A stretch of 64,000 bases of DNA from Bugula neritina (GCA_964035545.1 OZ037771.1:9612280-9676279), one strand, 5' to 3'; numbered from the stretch's first letter, positions 11,735 through 24,034 are shown. Numbers and translations are program-made. The notes: generated from the sequence alone by a model not told the origin.

Positions 11735-12803
11735 TCAGTGTTTGGCAAGCCGATGTTTGGCCTGGCGGGCATGTAGTTTCCTTTTAATCCGGCCAACCGA
11801 GCCTTTTAACTGATAGTCCCGTCGTGGTACTAAGCAGATCTGGTGCTAACTGGGTGAACTCAGCCTGCAGCCGGAGGAGACATTCCTCTACAGTGGCCAG
11901 GCGAGTGGGGTCTGGGGACGGTGTCCGTCTTCGACGAGGGAGGGGACTTGGAGACCGGGTCCGCCTTCTAGTCGGAAAAGGGGAGGCTTCTCCTTCTGGA
12001 TAGGTAAACTCTTCGGGGGTATACACAATCTGAGGGCGGTCAGACACCAACGGGGATTGTTGCCTGGTATAGTCTAGTACATGTTGAAAGCCCGAAGTCA
12101 GGACGGCCAACAACATTGCCTTCTTTACTAAGGGTCGTATCAGGGTCAGGAATTCTGGGTAGAGTTTAGCATCTACCACATAATTCTCTCCAGAGAAACA
12201 GCCCGCCGCCCGGTCTCTAGTGACGGGATAGGGGTAGACATCATTGTATCCGCAAGGACAGAATGTGAGTAATAGGTGGGCGTTGACATGCAGCTTCAGG
12301 GAGCGGTGAGAGGCACACTCTTTGTCACAAATCTGGCACCGCGTCCTTCCTCTGGATCCCCAGGCTGTTTCTATCTGCTCCTCCGTTTCCGGCGACACCC
12401 ACCGCCAGCGGCGGCGCAGTGGCTCAGGCCGGTCACCATTGGTGTACTTCTCATGATGCGGAGCGGGAAGTGCTCTATCCCGTACCCTGGTTGTAACGGG
12501 TCGAGTGTAACCTGAAAGAGTTTCAACAGCGTTAGTATAATACACTGCAGTGTTGTCGGCTTGAACAGCCTGGCAACTTCTCGTTCAGTTAACACTCGTA
12601 GAGATTTATGGTAGTGAATAGTTGGATAGAACACGTATTGCAATGAGATTGTAAAATCTCTAAGTCAAACTGAGTTCTTACCACGGTAGTTCACTAACCT
12701 ATCTCCAGCTCATTGGACTCAGTGAGTCGGAGCTGAGTGATGCAATCTAGTTTCCATATCAAGATATAGTTAACTCACCCCACGATCCGTTGTCGTAAGA
12801 CAT
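11735..12803 (-). CDS. G1 accessory zinc-finger/coiled-coil gene (exon 1 12779-12803, intron 12512-12778, exon 2 ~11735-12511; frameshift near C-terminus)
   Basis: ATG TCT TAC GAC AAC GGA TCG TGG G|GTGAGT...TACTAAC...CTCTTTCAG|GT TAC joins in frame to ORF 11784-12545; CQIC-x12-H-x3-H finger. Confidence 0.75.
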
Positions 12804-13047
12804 ACTGAATTTGTGAAATGGTTTGGACTATTGACTAGGAACACGTCTACTCTTGACTGCATCAGCATACAAAAAGATCGAGCAATGTGGTTGGGGTGCG
12901 TGACTAAGACTTTGCGCACCCGGCGGATGAATTTCGTTTCTACTTCCGCCGATACAAAAGTTGATATTTCCGTGGTGTTGACAACTCCCACAATTGCTCG
13001 ATACTTTTCCCGTACGGTTTTCCCCTAGACTTTCGTACGCGCCGCTT

Positions 13048-16000
13048 TTAATGCAGTAACATACAAAGTCCTTTAAGTATGCGGGGGGGTTGCCTCGTAC
13101 GTTGTCCCCGCTCTAGGGGAGGTGACGCATTCGTCGGTGTACTAGTAGGGACCTCTGGTGGCGTCTCTACTTCACCGTTAGTGGTCACTTCTTCCTGTTT
13201 TCCGGATGGAGCCCCTCCCTCCGTGGGGGTTTGCATTTCCGGAAGCGGCTCGGTTTCTGGAAGTGATGGAATCAAACTTGGCGCAGGCGGTGGCGGACGC
13301 GCTTCTGCAGGCAAAAGCGGTCGCTCCTCTCTCACCAAGTCTTCTTCCCGCCGAATGACCATTTCAAATTCAGGTCCATGCCGCCGTCGCCCGCGCGTTG
13401 TCGTCTGCCTCCTGGGCTCCAACAGCGGGGGGCTTCTCCCACTGCATCCGAGCTAGCCCAATACGGCTTCAAGCGAGCCTCATTCTGGATAGACACGTGT
13501 CCTGAGCGCTCGATCTTGTTGTATGGTTGGGCATAGCCTCGATGATCACGTAGAGTCCCACGAACTTAGGCTGTAACTTAGCCGCCTGTCCGCGACGCCT
13601 ACGGTAATTGACCATCCACACCCTATCTCCCGTCTGGTAGAGAGGTGGTTCCTCGGAATCTTCCTGTCGCACCTTCCACTACTGTTCGCGCAGTATTTCA
13701 TGTGCGACCTTCATTCGTTCCACTGGCATACTTGTGAACCGAGTTGTCTTGCTCTGGAACGTGGTAGGTGAGATGGTCAGGGACACGAGTCTCTCTCCCA
13801 AGCATCAAGAGGTTTGGGGTCTCACCAGTACTGGTGTGTGGGGTGCTACGGTATGCGCGTATGACTTGCGGCAACACCGTGTCCCATTCCTCCTGACTGC
13901 GTCCGAAGAGAAAACTCCGGAGCGCATCACCTAGCATCCGGTTATTGCGCTCCACCACCCTGTTACCCTGGGGATGGTAAGGGGTGGTCCTGCTCTGATT
14001 TACTCCCCAGAGGCGGCAAAAGTCGCTCATCAGTTGGGACTAAAACTGAGCGCCTTTGTCAGAGTGTATCTGTTCGGGGAGCCCGAAATAACAGAATACA
14101 TGTTGGTCTAGCGCCCTGGCCACTGTTGGGGCTGACGCATCTGGGATAGCCAGAGCGTCCGCCCACCTAGTAAAGTGGTCAGTCAGTACTAAGATCCAAC
14201 TATTGCCTCTTAGGGTCAGCGGCATGGGTCTGACCAGGTCAACAGCTACTACTTGCCACGGCCTGCCAGCATATAACCTCCGCCGTCCCGCTTCACCAGG
14301 GAGACGGCCATGGTTGCTGGCCTGGCAGATTTCACACTGTTTTACTCTGAGCCGGACATATCGCCCTATTTTGGGCCAATACCACCGGAGTTGTAATTTA
14401 GAGATCACTATCTTGACCCCTGTGTGGGCCTGCTTGTGAGTGTCCCAGATTAACTCACGGCGTATGGCGCTGGGGCAAACCACCTTCTTCCTCTCCGGGT
14501 GTCTGCCGTTGGCAGCTAGAGAAATGGTCAGTAGACCATCTTGCCCGATCCTCAGCGAGTCCCAACACTGGCAGAGTAGCCGGAACTTGGCGCATCCCTG
14601 CCGTATGCGTTCCTCGCTGGGTCGTCGTCCTTCCTTTTTGACCCGATATATGTCTGCCACTACCCCAGGCAGCTCTTCCTGGAGCTTCTTCAGCTTCCGG
14701 ACATATCAGCCAAAACAGGATTGGCGCGGAGGTTTTGTACAACCTCCGGGGACTCGTCAACCTCCTGCCTGGGTTGACCTTGGTCCTAATCAAACTGTGC
14801 TCCGTGGTGAGCCAGTGTCTCTAGTTCACATCACGGGGGACCTCCGTCCCATCTCTCGATGTTGAGACACTGTTTGCAACCTCCATCGGGTCGGCGGCTC
14901 AAACCATCCGCATTGCTGTGTATCTTGCCCGGTCGATGTTCAATCCGGTACGAGAACTCAGCTAGGATTTTGAGCCACCGGGCGACCTGACTGGAGGGTT
15001 CCGCTCTCTTGCACAACCAGATCAGAGAGGCATGGTCCGTACGCAGCCGGAACTTCCTGCCGTACAGGTATGGTCTGAAGTGCTTTACTGACTTGATTAC
15101 TGCCAGCAGTTCCTTGCGGGTAGTGCAGTAATTTTGTTCAGTGGGTGAGAGAGACTTACTGTAGTAAGCTACTACTACCTCTCGGCCTTCCTGCACTTAA
15201 GACAGCACAGCGCCAACGTTCTGGTCACTGGCATCAGTGTCGAGGATGTACTCCAGATTGGGGTCTGGGTAGGCCAAGATGGGTGCCGTCAGTAGGCAAC
15301 CCTTGAGGCAGTCAAACGCTCCTTGTTCGACCAGGGTCCACTGCCACGTCACTCCCTTTGCGATGAGCCGGTTTAACGGCTGTGCTATGCTCGTAAAGTC
15401 TGGTATGTATTGCCTGTAATACCCTACCAGCCCCAAGAAAGCCCGAAGTCCGGTCAAGTCTTGGGAGGTGACCGAGTCTTCTATCGCCCGTACCTTTTCA
15501 GGATCCGTTGCCACGCCGTTTCGACCGACAACGTGCCCCAGGTACTTGACCTTCGGCTGCAATAGAGCGCACTTAGAAGGTTTGAGCTTAAGACCAGCAC
15601 CTCGGACTCTCTCGAAGACCTCCCGCAGACGACTGGTGTGTGTCTCGAAGTCTGGGGAAATCACGATGACATCATCGAGGTAGATCGGCAGTGTCTTCCA
15701 ATTGAGCTCGCTGAGGACTTGCTCCATCAGCCTCTGGAAGGTGGCTGGGGCGGAAGTTAATCCGAAAGGCAGCACCTTCCACTTCCACAAACCATCCCGT
15801 GTGATAAGCGCCGCCTTCTCCTGGGCGTCGGGACTCAGAGGAACTTGCCAGTAGCCGCTCAACAAGTCTAGCGTACTGAAGTACTTACTGCCGGCTAAGG
15901 CGTCCATTGACTCGTCAATAGGAGGTAGAGGGTAGGCGTCCTGTATGGTTACCCTATTGAGCTTGCGGTAATCCACACAAAACCGCCGACTGCCGTCTCT

Positions 16001-17394
16001 CTTCCGGACCAGTACGACCGGCGAGCTCCACGCACTATGGGTGGGCTCTATGAGGCCGCGGTTCAGAAAATCCCGGACTTGTCGGCTGACCTCCTTCTCT
16101 TTCTTCGGCCCCAGCCTGCGCGTGGGTTGCCGGATAGAGACCGTTCCTGCAGTCAGCGGTATTTCGTGTCTGACAACTCCAGTCAGTCTCACGTCATTAT
16201 CTCCGCTGCTGAACACATCACCGTAGTCGCGTAGCAACTTCGCCATAGCTTGGCGTTCCTTGTTGCTTGCGCAGCCACCACAGGCTGTTTCATATAACTC
16301 CCGGATGTGTGTTGAGACCGTCCCTCGCCCCTGAGTAGGGCGCCGAAGGGGTGCCTCCGTCGCATCACCCAGCGACCGGCCAACGTCCTCCTCCTGGACA
16401 GAGTGGAACCAGATCAGCATTGACCCAGCTGGGAGCTTGATGGGCTCGGTAAAGAGGTTGACACACTGCACTAAGATCTCCCCTGCTCAGTCAGCTGGTT
16501 CAAACTGCTGGCGAGTTGGATCCTTTCGTGCACACCTTCAACTACCCCGAGTCCAGAGATCCGGCTATTGTTCACTCTGCAGTGAATGGTAGCCCGGGAG
16601 CGGCCTAGCACAGTACAGTTTTGTACCACCTGCACGCCTCCCACCAAGGGGCGGCCGAACTTGTCGATGCAGGCGAGTTCTCGCCCGGACATCACCATCG
16701 CAGATTTACTAAAATTGATGTGACATCCGTGCCGTTTCAGGAATGGCATCCCGAGGATGGCGTCCTCCTTGAGCTGACTGACGATAAACGTCTCTTAGAT
16801 CGTTTGATCACGGACGTGTCTCGTCAGCTCAATTATATCGTAGGAGGGAAGAAACGACCCGTCAGCCAGGGTGCCATACTCCCCCTCGTTTGGTTCCATC
16901 TCGTCTCTGACCCTAGCACTGAGGGTGTCGAAGAGTTGGCGACTTATGAGGTTCATGGTACAGCCCGAATCGATTAGGAAAGTAACAGCTTTGCCTTCCA
17001 ATTTGCCGGGCAAGAAATAGCTGTTTCCATAGGGCTGCACCTGAACTCTCCCTTCGTGCTTTGCTCTCGCAGGGAGTACCTCCCTCGCTTTAGGTCGCGA
17101 AGGAGGTCGCTTGGGATGGTGGTAAGTTGGCCTCGGAGGTGCAGAGGCTAGATTTCCGGCTACCTTCGCTGGCTCCCATCCAGTTTCTTGGGCCGGTAGC
17201 TCGTCGAATCGATTGTGGAGGGGCATAGAGAAGGTAGTGGCGGGGCGGGGCTTCTTGCTGGTCCGTCGTGGCTGTTGCCACCCTCGGTTGTCAGCATGCG
17301 GTACCCTTCTGGGTGACGTACGTTTTTTCTTCCCTGGGGGTTTCATCGTCGGCCCGCAGGAGGTGGGAACATCTGCGGGCCGCGGTAGTTTAAC
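13048..17394 (-). pseudogene. pol: G1 pol (PR-RT-RH-IN) with stops and frameshifts
   Basis: ORFs 16795-17418, 16471-16749, 15197-16471, 14831-15196, 14040-14660, 13698-14030, 13469-13672, 13048-13422 in Gypsy domain order. Confidence 0.93.
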
Positions 17395-18087
17395 CCTGGA
17401 GTTAGGAAGAGACAGCACCTGCGGAAGTGTCCTTGTTTCCGCATTCCCAGCAAAAACTGACCGTTTCCCCCGGTGGCGGCGCCGGTGGCCGTACTGGCTC
17501 AGAGGCGCTACCTACTGGGGTTTGGGATGTCAGTGTTGCTATCAGTTTGGCCAGCATGTCGGTCAGTTGAGTGACTTTCGATGCTGCCGCTAACTGGGCC
17601 ACGGCAGCCGTCGCGGAGGTTTCCTCCTCTCGCACCGCTCCCGTGTCCGCGTGGTCAACCTCCACTTGACGGGAGTTCCCGCGACTTTTATGCATCTGGT
17701 TTGCCAGGAGATAAGCTACGATCGTGCAGGAGTAGAGCTACGATCGTGACGACAAAGGGGGTAATATTATTTCCCTTCTAAATGCAGCACGGAGTCACCA
17801 AGTGTATTAAGAAGATGACCCGAGACAGCAATCTGCCAATAGGAATCATGAACTATAATTAGGAACTGTGACTTCCCGCGTAACAGTTATTTAGGAATAG
17901 ACTGGCAAACTGTAAGCACTGTGCTGAGTAGTTGTTGATGTGTTCATAGATTTAGTTTTTGGATTGTGTATTAGCATATGAATATATTATTGTAACCTGA
18001 ACCTTACTTGCGGAGTTGATTTAGCTTACGTGTTATGAAGTAACTTGATTGCACACTAAAACCCACAATACTGAAAAAAGATAACGG

Positions 18088-18105
18088 TGGTGGCAGCGGT
18101 GGGAT
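18088..18105 (+). promoter_or_regulatory. Primer binding site of G2, tRNA-Leu
   Basis: TGGTGGCAGCGGTGGGAT is complementary to the 3' end of eukaryotic tRNA-Leu(AAG/TAG) (...ATCCCACCGCTGCCA-CCA). Confidence 0.9.
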
Positions 18106-21100
18106 AGTTGTGTATATCAACGATGGAGACTGACGATGCTGGAACACCACCACAGCCAATAGAAGGTGAGCGTGGAGATAATTTAGTTCCTGTGAATCGT
18201 GTAGTAGAAGATCGAAGAGCTCCGAGGGAGTTGAATGAGGATCGATACCGGTTAAAGGCACCCACTTTCACAGGTGAAGAAGTGGAACAATTCATACAGG
18301 AATTTAGTGACGTGTTGGACATCACTTAATGGCCACCTAGGGTGGCCCTGCTGAAGCTTAGAATGTCATTGATGGATAAGGTCAAGCCCTATGGGTTAGG
18401 ACAGGACATCGACAGTATCTTTGCTTCTCTGCAGGCCCGTTTTGGCATCTCCGCCATAAACGCCCGGGCCCGACTACAAAGGCTGCGGCGTGATCCACAC
18501 ACCCCGCTACAAAAACATGCCGCTACAGTGATGACGCTGGCGCAGATTGCATACAGTGATCTGCTTCAAGCTAACCGTGAACGGTGTACTTTTGACGCTT
18601 TGTACAATCTATCAACGACTTGGGACTCCATCACCAATTTCTGGCCAGGGGCGTTACCACAGTCGAAAGCGCCCTTGCAGAAGGGGAGGCCTATCTTCTG
18701 GCAAAACAGATGCATAAGAACAGCGGGGTTTCCCGCCAGGTGGAAGTAGAGTCAGCGGTCACCCCAGCCGATCTAGAGGCGGAACCCTCCGCGACCGCTG
18801 CTGGACAGTTAGTTGCTGTATCGAAGGTCGCACAACTGACCGACATGTTGGCTAAACTGGTGACGACACTGACACACAAAACCTCGGTAGGTACCGCTCG
18901 CGAGCCCCCACGGCCACTGGCGCCACCACCACGGGAAGCAGTCAGTTTTTGCTGGGAATGTCGAAATCTACATTTCCGTAAATACTGCCCCCCTTCTTGC
19001 TCCGGGGTTAAACTACCGCGGCCCGCAGATGTTCTCGCCTCCTGCAGGTCGGCAATGAATTTTCCAGGGAAGAAGAAACGTAGGTCACCCAGATGGGTAC
19101 CGCGTGCCAACAACCAGGAGTGGCATAAGCCACAGCGGACAGGTAAGGGGCACCACCTCGCTGTTACCTTCTCCATGCCATTCCACATTAGAATTGACGG
19201 GCTGCCGACCCAAGAATCGGAGTGGAGACCAGTACAGGCGTCAGAAAGCCCGCCTCTCCCCTTCGAGGTCACCTTACAACCGTCCCAAATGACTACCTCC
19301 CCGACCCACAGCGAGAAAGGTGCTCCCTGCAAGAGTACGGCCCGAAGAAAGAGTACGGGTGCAACACCATGGGCACAGCTATTTCTTACTCGGCAAGATA
19401 GCGGGTAAAGCTGTTACCTTCCTGCTCAATTCGGGCTGCACCACGAACCTCATAAGGCGCCAACTCTTCGACACCCTTGGCGCTAGGGTCCGAAGCGAGA
19501 TGGCACCATACGACGGGGAGAATGGCACCCTGGCAGACGGGTTGTGCATTCTTTTCTATGGTATAATTGAGCTGACGGGACGCGTCCAAGATCAAGCTAT
19601 CCAAGAGACGTTTATCGTCAGTCAGCTCAAAAAGAATACTATTTTCGGGATGCCGTTTCTGAAACGGCACGGATGTCACATGGACCTCACTAAGTCTGCA
19701 ATAGTGATGTCCGGGCGAGAACTAGCCTGTGTCGATAAGTTCAGCCATCCTCTAGTTGGAAGCGTGCAGGTAGTACGGAACTGTAAAATACCGTGCCGCT
19801 CCCGGGCTACTATTTACTGCAGAGTGAATAATAGCCAGACATCCATGAAAGGGTGGTGGAAGGTGCGCACGATAGAATCCAACTCGCCAGTAGCCTAAAT
19901 CAGCTGACTGTGTGAGGAAAGATCTTAGTGCGGTGCGTCAACCCTTTTTTACGGAGCCGGTGAAGCTACCTGCAGGGTCCATGTTGAGCCGTTTCCACTC
20001 TGGCCAGAAAAAGGACGTGGGACCGTCGTTGGGGGACACGGTAGAAGGTCCCCAACAGCGCCTGCAAAAAGATTGGGGACCGTCCGGAAACGCATCCAGG
20101 GGTTGTATGAGATGGCCTGTGACGGCTGTGCGAGCAACGAGGAACGCCAGGCTATGACGAGGTTGCTACGCGAATATGGTGATGTGTTCAGCAGCGGAGA
20201 CCATGACGTGGGGCTGAAATGAGCTGTCAGACACGAGATACCGCTGGCTGCAGGAACAGTTCCTATTCGGCAACCCACATGCAGGTTGGGGCCGGAGAAA
20301 GAGAAGGAGGTCAGCCGACAAGTCCGGGATCTTCTGGACCGCGGCCTCATAGAGCCAGCCCATAGCGCATGGAGCTCAGCGGTGGTTTTGCTCTGGAAGA
20401 AAGACAGAAGTTGGCGGTTCTGTGTGGATTACTGCAAGCTCAATAGCGTGACCATACAGGACGCCAACCGTCTACTTTGTATTGATGAATTCTTGGACGC
20501 CCTAGCCGGCAGCAAGTACGTCAGTAGGTAAGACTTGTTGGGCGGTTACTCGCAGGCCCCTCTGAGTCCCGACGTCCAGGAGAAGGCGACGTTGATCACA
20601 CGGGACAGACTGTGGAAGTTGAAGGTGCTGCCGTTTGGGTTGACTTCTGCCCCGGCCACCTTCTAGAGGCTGATGGAGCAAGTCTTGAGTGGACTTCACT
20701 GGAAGACACTGCTGATCTACCTTGATGGCGTCAAGACACGTCAGTTGTCTGAGGGAGATATTCCAAAGACTCAAAGGTGCTGGTCTGAAGCTGAAACCTT
20801 CCAAGTGCGCTCTGTTGCAGCCGGAGGTTAGGTACCTAGGGCACTTTGTCGGTTAAAACGGCGTAGCAACGGATCCTCAGAAGGTACAGGCTATAGAAGA
20901 CTGATCATTCTCCAGGATTTGACCGGACTCCGGGCTTTCTTGGGTCTGGTAGGGTATTACAGGCAATACATACCAGACTTTGCGGGGATAGCACAGCCGT
21001 TAAATCAGCTCACCACAAAGGGGGTGGCATGGCAGTGGACACCGCTCAAACAACAGGCATTCGATTGCCTCAAGGATTTCCTAATGACGGCACCCTTCTT

Positions 21101-21658
21101 GGCCCAGTCAGAAAATTCCGGCTGCTTACGGATCATGCCTCCTTGATTTGGTTGTGTAAGAGAACAGAATCATCCAGTCAGGTCGCCCGGTGGCTTGAAG
21201 TCCTAGCCGACTTCTCTTACTGGATGGAACATTGACCGGGTAAGAGGCACAGCAATGCGGATGGTTTGAGCTGGCGGCCTGATGGAGGTTGTAAACAGTG
21301 TCTCAACATCGAGAAGAAGGATGGAGGTCCCCCACGATCTGAGTTAGAGACACTAGCTCACCACGGAGCATAGTTTGACTGGGACCAAGGTCATCTCAAG
21401 CAGACAGTTGACAAATACTCGAAGGTTGTACAAAACCTCCACGCCAATCCTGTTTTGGCCAATAATGTCCGGGAGCTGAGGAAGCTTCAGGAAAACTTGC
21501 CCGGGGTGGTGGCAGACGCGTATCAGGCCAAAAAGAACGGGCGACGACCCAGCGATGAACAACTGAGACAGGAATGCGCCAAGTTCGGGCTGTTTTGCCA
21601 GCGTTGGGACTCCCTGAGGATCGGGCAGGATGGTCTGCTGACCATTACTCTAGCCGCC

Positions 21659-22326
21659 TCACCCATAGAGGAAGAAGCAAATGGCAGACTACCAGGACTA
21701 CTGCGCCGCCGTTGGCGGTGGGTGTCACCGGCAATAGAGAAGAAAATAGAGGCTGCGTAGGGGCCGAAGGGAAGTACCCAATGTCAAATCTGCTACGAAG
21801 ACAGGCTGTCTCACCGCTCCCTAAGACTGCACGTAGATGCACACTTTCTATTGACCTTCTGCCCATGCGGACATCACGATGTCTACCCATACCCGATCAT
21901 TAAACATAGAGCTGCTGGATGCTATCACAGGGAGAACTATGTCATGAATGCCGACATGTATCCAGACTTCCTAACGCTCATCCGGTCACTAGTAAAGAAG
22001 GCAATGGTGCTAACCGTCTTGATCTCTGGATTTCAGCATGTACTAAGTATGCCCGGCAGCAGTTTTCCATAGTAGCAGACACTCCTAATGAACCAACCTC
22101 CGCGGAGATGGAAGAAGAGTTAAAATTCCCTCGCCGGAAGGCTATGACACCACCACCAGACCGCCCAACCCGTCTGGCCACCGTAGAGGAGTGACTCCTT
22201 CGGTTACAGGCCGACTTCACGCATCTAGCCCCAGATTTGTTAAACACAACGACTGGGCTGTACCAGCTTAAGGGCTTGGTGGGAAGAATAAAACGGAGAC
22301 TGTGTGCCCGCCAGGCTAAGCATGAC
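21659..22326 (+). pseudogene. G2 copy of the accessory zinc-finger/coiled-coil ORF (5' end deleted, disrupted)
   Basis: LRRRWRWVSP, CQICYEDRLSHRSLRLHVDAHFLLTFCPCGHHDVYPYPIIKHRAAGC, RLATVEE.LLRLQADFTHLAPDLL. Confidence 0.85.
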
Positions 22327-23154
22327 AATGACAATGACAATAGTCTTCGTCCATGGGACATATCTGTGAATCTCGTCCTTTCTGGGGATTCCCGATGACA
22401 AACATTATGATCACGTAAATGCCTGTTACTTCCTCTTCCTTGGATACCACTATAGTTAGCACTATTTCTCTTTCTATAGCTGATCAATTGTGGCTACCTT
22501 GTTCTTGGTGTAATGATTATGCTTTTGTCGTCATTTATGTATATATGTATATTATATTATGTAACTGCTTTTATAATATTCTGTATTTTGCGAGGGAGTG
22601 TATTTTTTATCAGAAAGTGGGCTTTCTGCTGGTGGAGGCGAAGTGGTGGCTCGTAGAGCTACGATCATGATGACGAAGGGAGAAATAATAATTCCCTTCT
22701 AAAAACAGCACGGAGTCACTAAGTGTAATAAGAAGATGACCCGAGACAGCAATCTGCCAATAGGAATCATGAACTAAAATTAGGAACTGTGACTTCCCGC
22801 GTAACAGTTAGTTAGAAATAGACTGGCAAACTGTAAGCACCTTTTCTGAGTAGTTGTTGATGTGTTAATAGATGTAGTTTTTACATTGTGTATTATCGTA
22901 TAAATATATTATTGTAACCTGAACCTTACTTGTGGAGTTGATTTAGCTTCCGTGTTATGAAGTAACTTGATTGCACACTAAGACCCACAATATTGAAAAA
23001 GATAACAATACATTACAGTTGTTACAAATGTAAAACTAGTAAGTTGGATGCAAATAAGCGTAGTAATATTACTCAGTTTATGCTATCTTAGAAATTTGTA
23101 GTAAATAGTTGGCATGCATGTGCATATATATATAAATATAAATATATAAAAAAC

Positions 23155-23198
<44 letters not shown>

Positions 23199-23203
<5 letters not shown>

Positions 23204-23947
23204 GATAGTTAAGGGCAACCTTTTAGCTGCAACTGCCTTGCTGAGGTTTGCATTGTAATCATATAAGAATTCAGTACCAGTAAAATAAAATCTCACCTAA
23301 TTGTGCTAGAGTCAAAATTTAAAAACTATGTTGTAGATCTTCTTTTTCCCCAATGTAAGTTTTGTGGAAATTTCAATTTTCATTTTTTTTGCAAAGTTAT
23401 AGACAGAAAACTGCCCAATTTTGGCCAATTTTGCCTGAAAAGCTGACTTTTCAGTACCAGTAAAATATCTCAGCAGGAAAACATGATATCTGAATAAAAT
23501 TTGCACTGCTGGAATCCTGAGATATTTCTCCAGTGCAATTTTTTTCTTTTTCCAATAACTCTTCTAGATTGCCCACAAATTGGTGATTTATACACTGAAA
23601 ATGCTATATTTTTTCATAGAAAATTAGCAGCGCGCAGTACTTCACGCTTCAATGAGCACGTAGGGATGAGAAGATATTGGCGGTACATGCTAATTACAGG
23701 CTTACTAGCTGGTAGGCTATAATGAATAGCTTGCTTTGTACTTTGTTTATGTAGCACCCATAATGGAATGTTGATAGATTACGCAGCCCTAATGAAGGTT
23801 GCTGCTTATTGGTTGTAGTTTGATCCTAGGCTAAACAATTGCAAGTAGGCAACACGCATGCCACCCACAAAGCCATATTATTCAAGAACCTAAACTACAT
23901 TCTGAGAGAAACTTATGACATTCTTAGTGAGGATGCCCTTAACTATC

Positions 23948-23952
<5 letters not shown>
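23199..23952 (+). mobile_element. ~750-bp MITE (TA TSD) copy A, embedded in (TA)n
   Basis: TIR CACAGGATAGTTAAGGGCA...TGCCCTTAACTATCCTGTG, (TA)n on both sides; second copy at 31545-32300. Confidence 0.9.
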
Positions 23953-24015
<63 letters not shown>

Positions 24016-24034
24016 ATGTATATATGGATGTATA

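Larger units (their letters stand above)
11108..17717 (-). mobile_element. Ty3/Gypsy LTR retrotransposon G1 (5'-truncated: 5' LTR and most of gag lost)
   Basis: gag end with zinc knuckle remnant, PR (FLIDSGC), RT (YLDD), RNase H (DTDAS), integrase (zf-H2C2, DLV, HSDKG, GPY-like), extra ORF, PPT, 3' LTR. Confidence 0.95.
17732..23007 (+). mobile_element. Ty3/Gypsy LTR retrotransposon G2 (degenerate, internal deletions of RNase H and integrase)
   Basis: LTR pair 17732-18086 and 22642-23007; PBS; gag 18122-19060; PR/RT fragments; deletion junctions at ~21105 and ~21658; accessory ORF remnant. Confidence 0.95.

Noticed and set aside
11784-12545. Accessory ORF as env
   Set aside because: No signal peptide, furin/fusion-peptide arrangement or C-terminal transmembrane anchor; it has zinc-finger motifs instead
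18088-18105. tRNA gene
   Set aside because: Only the 18-nt complement of a tRNA 3' end next to an LTR, i.e. a PBS
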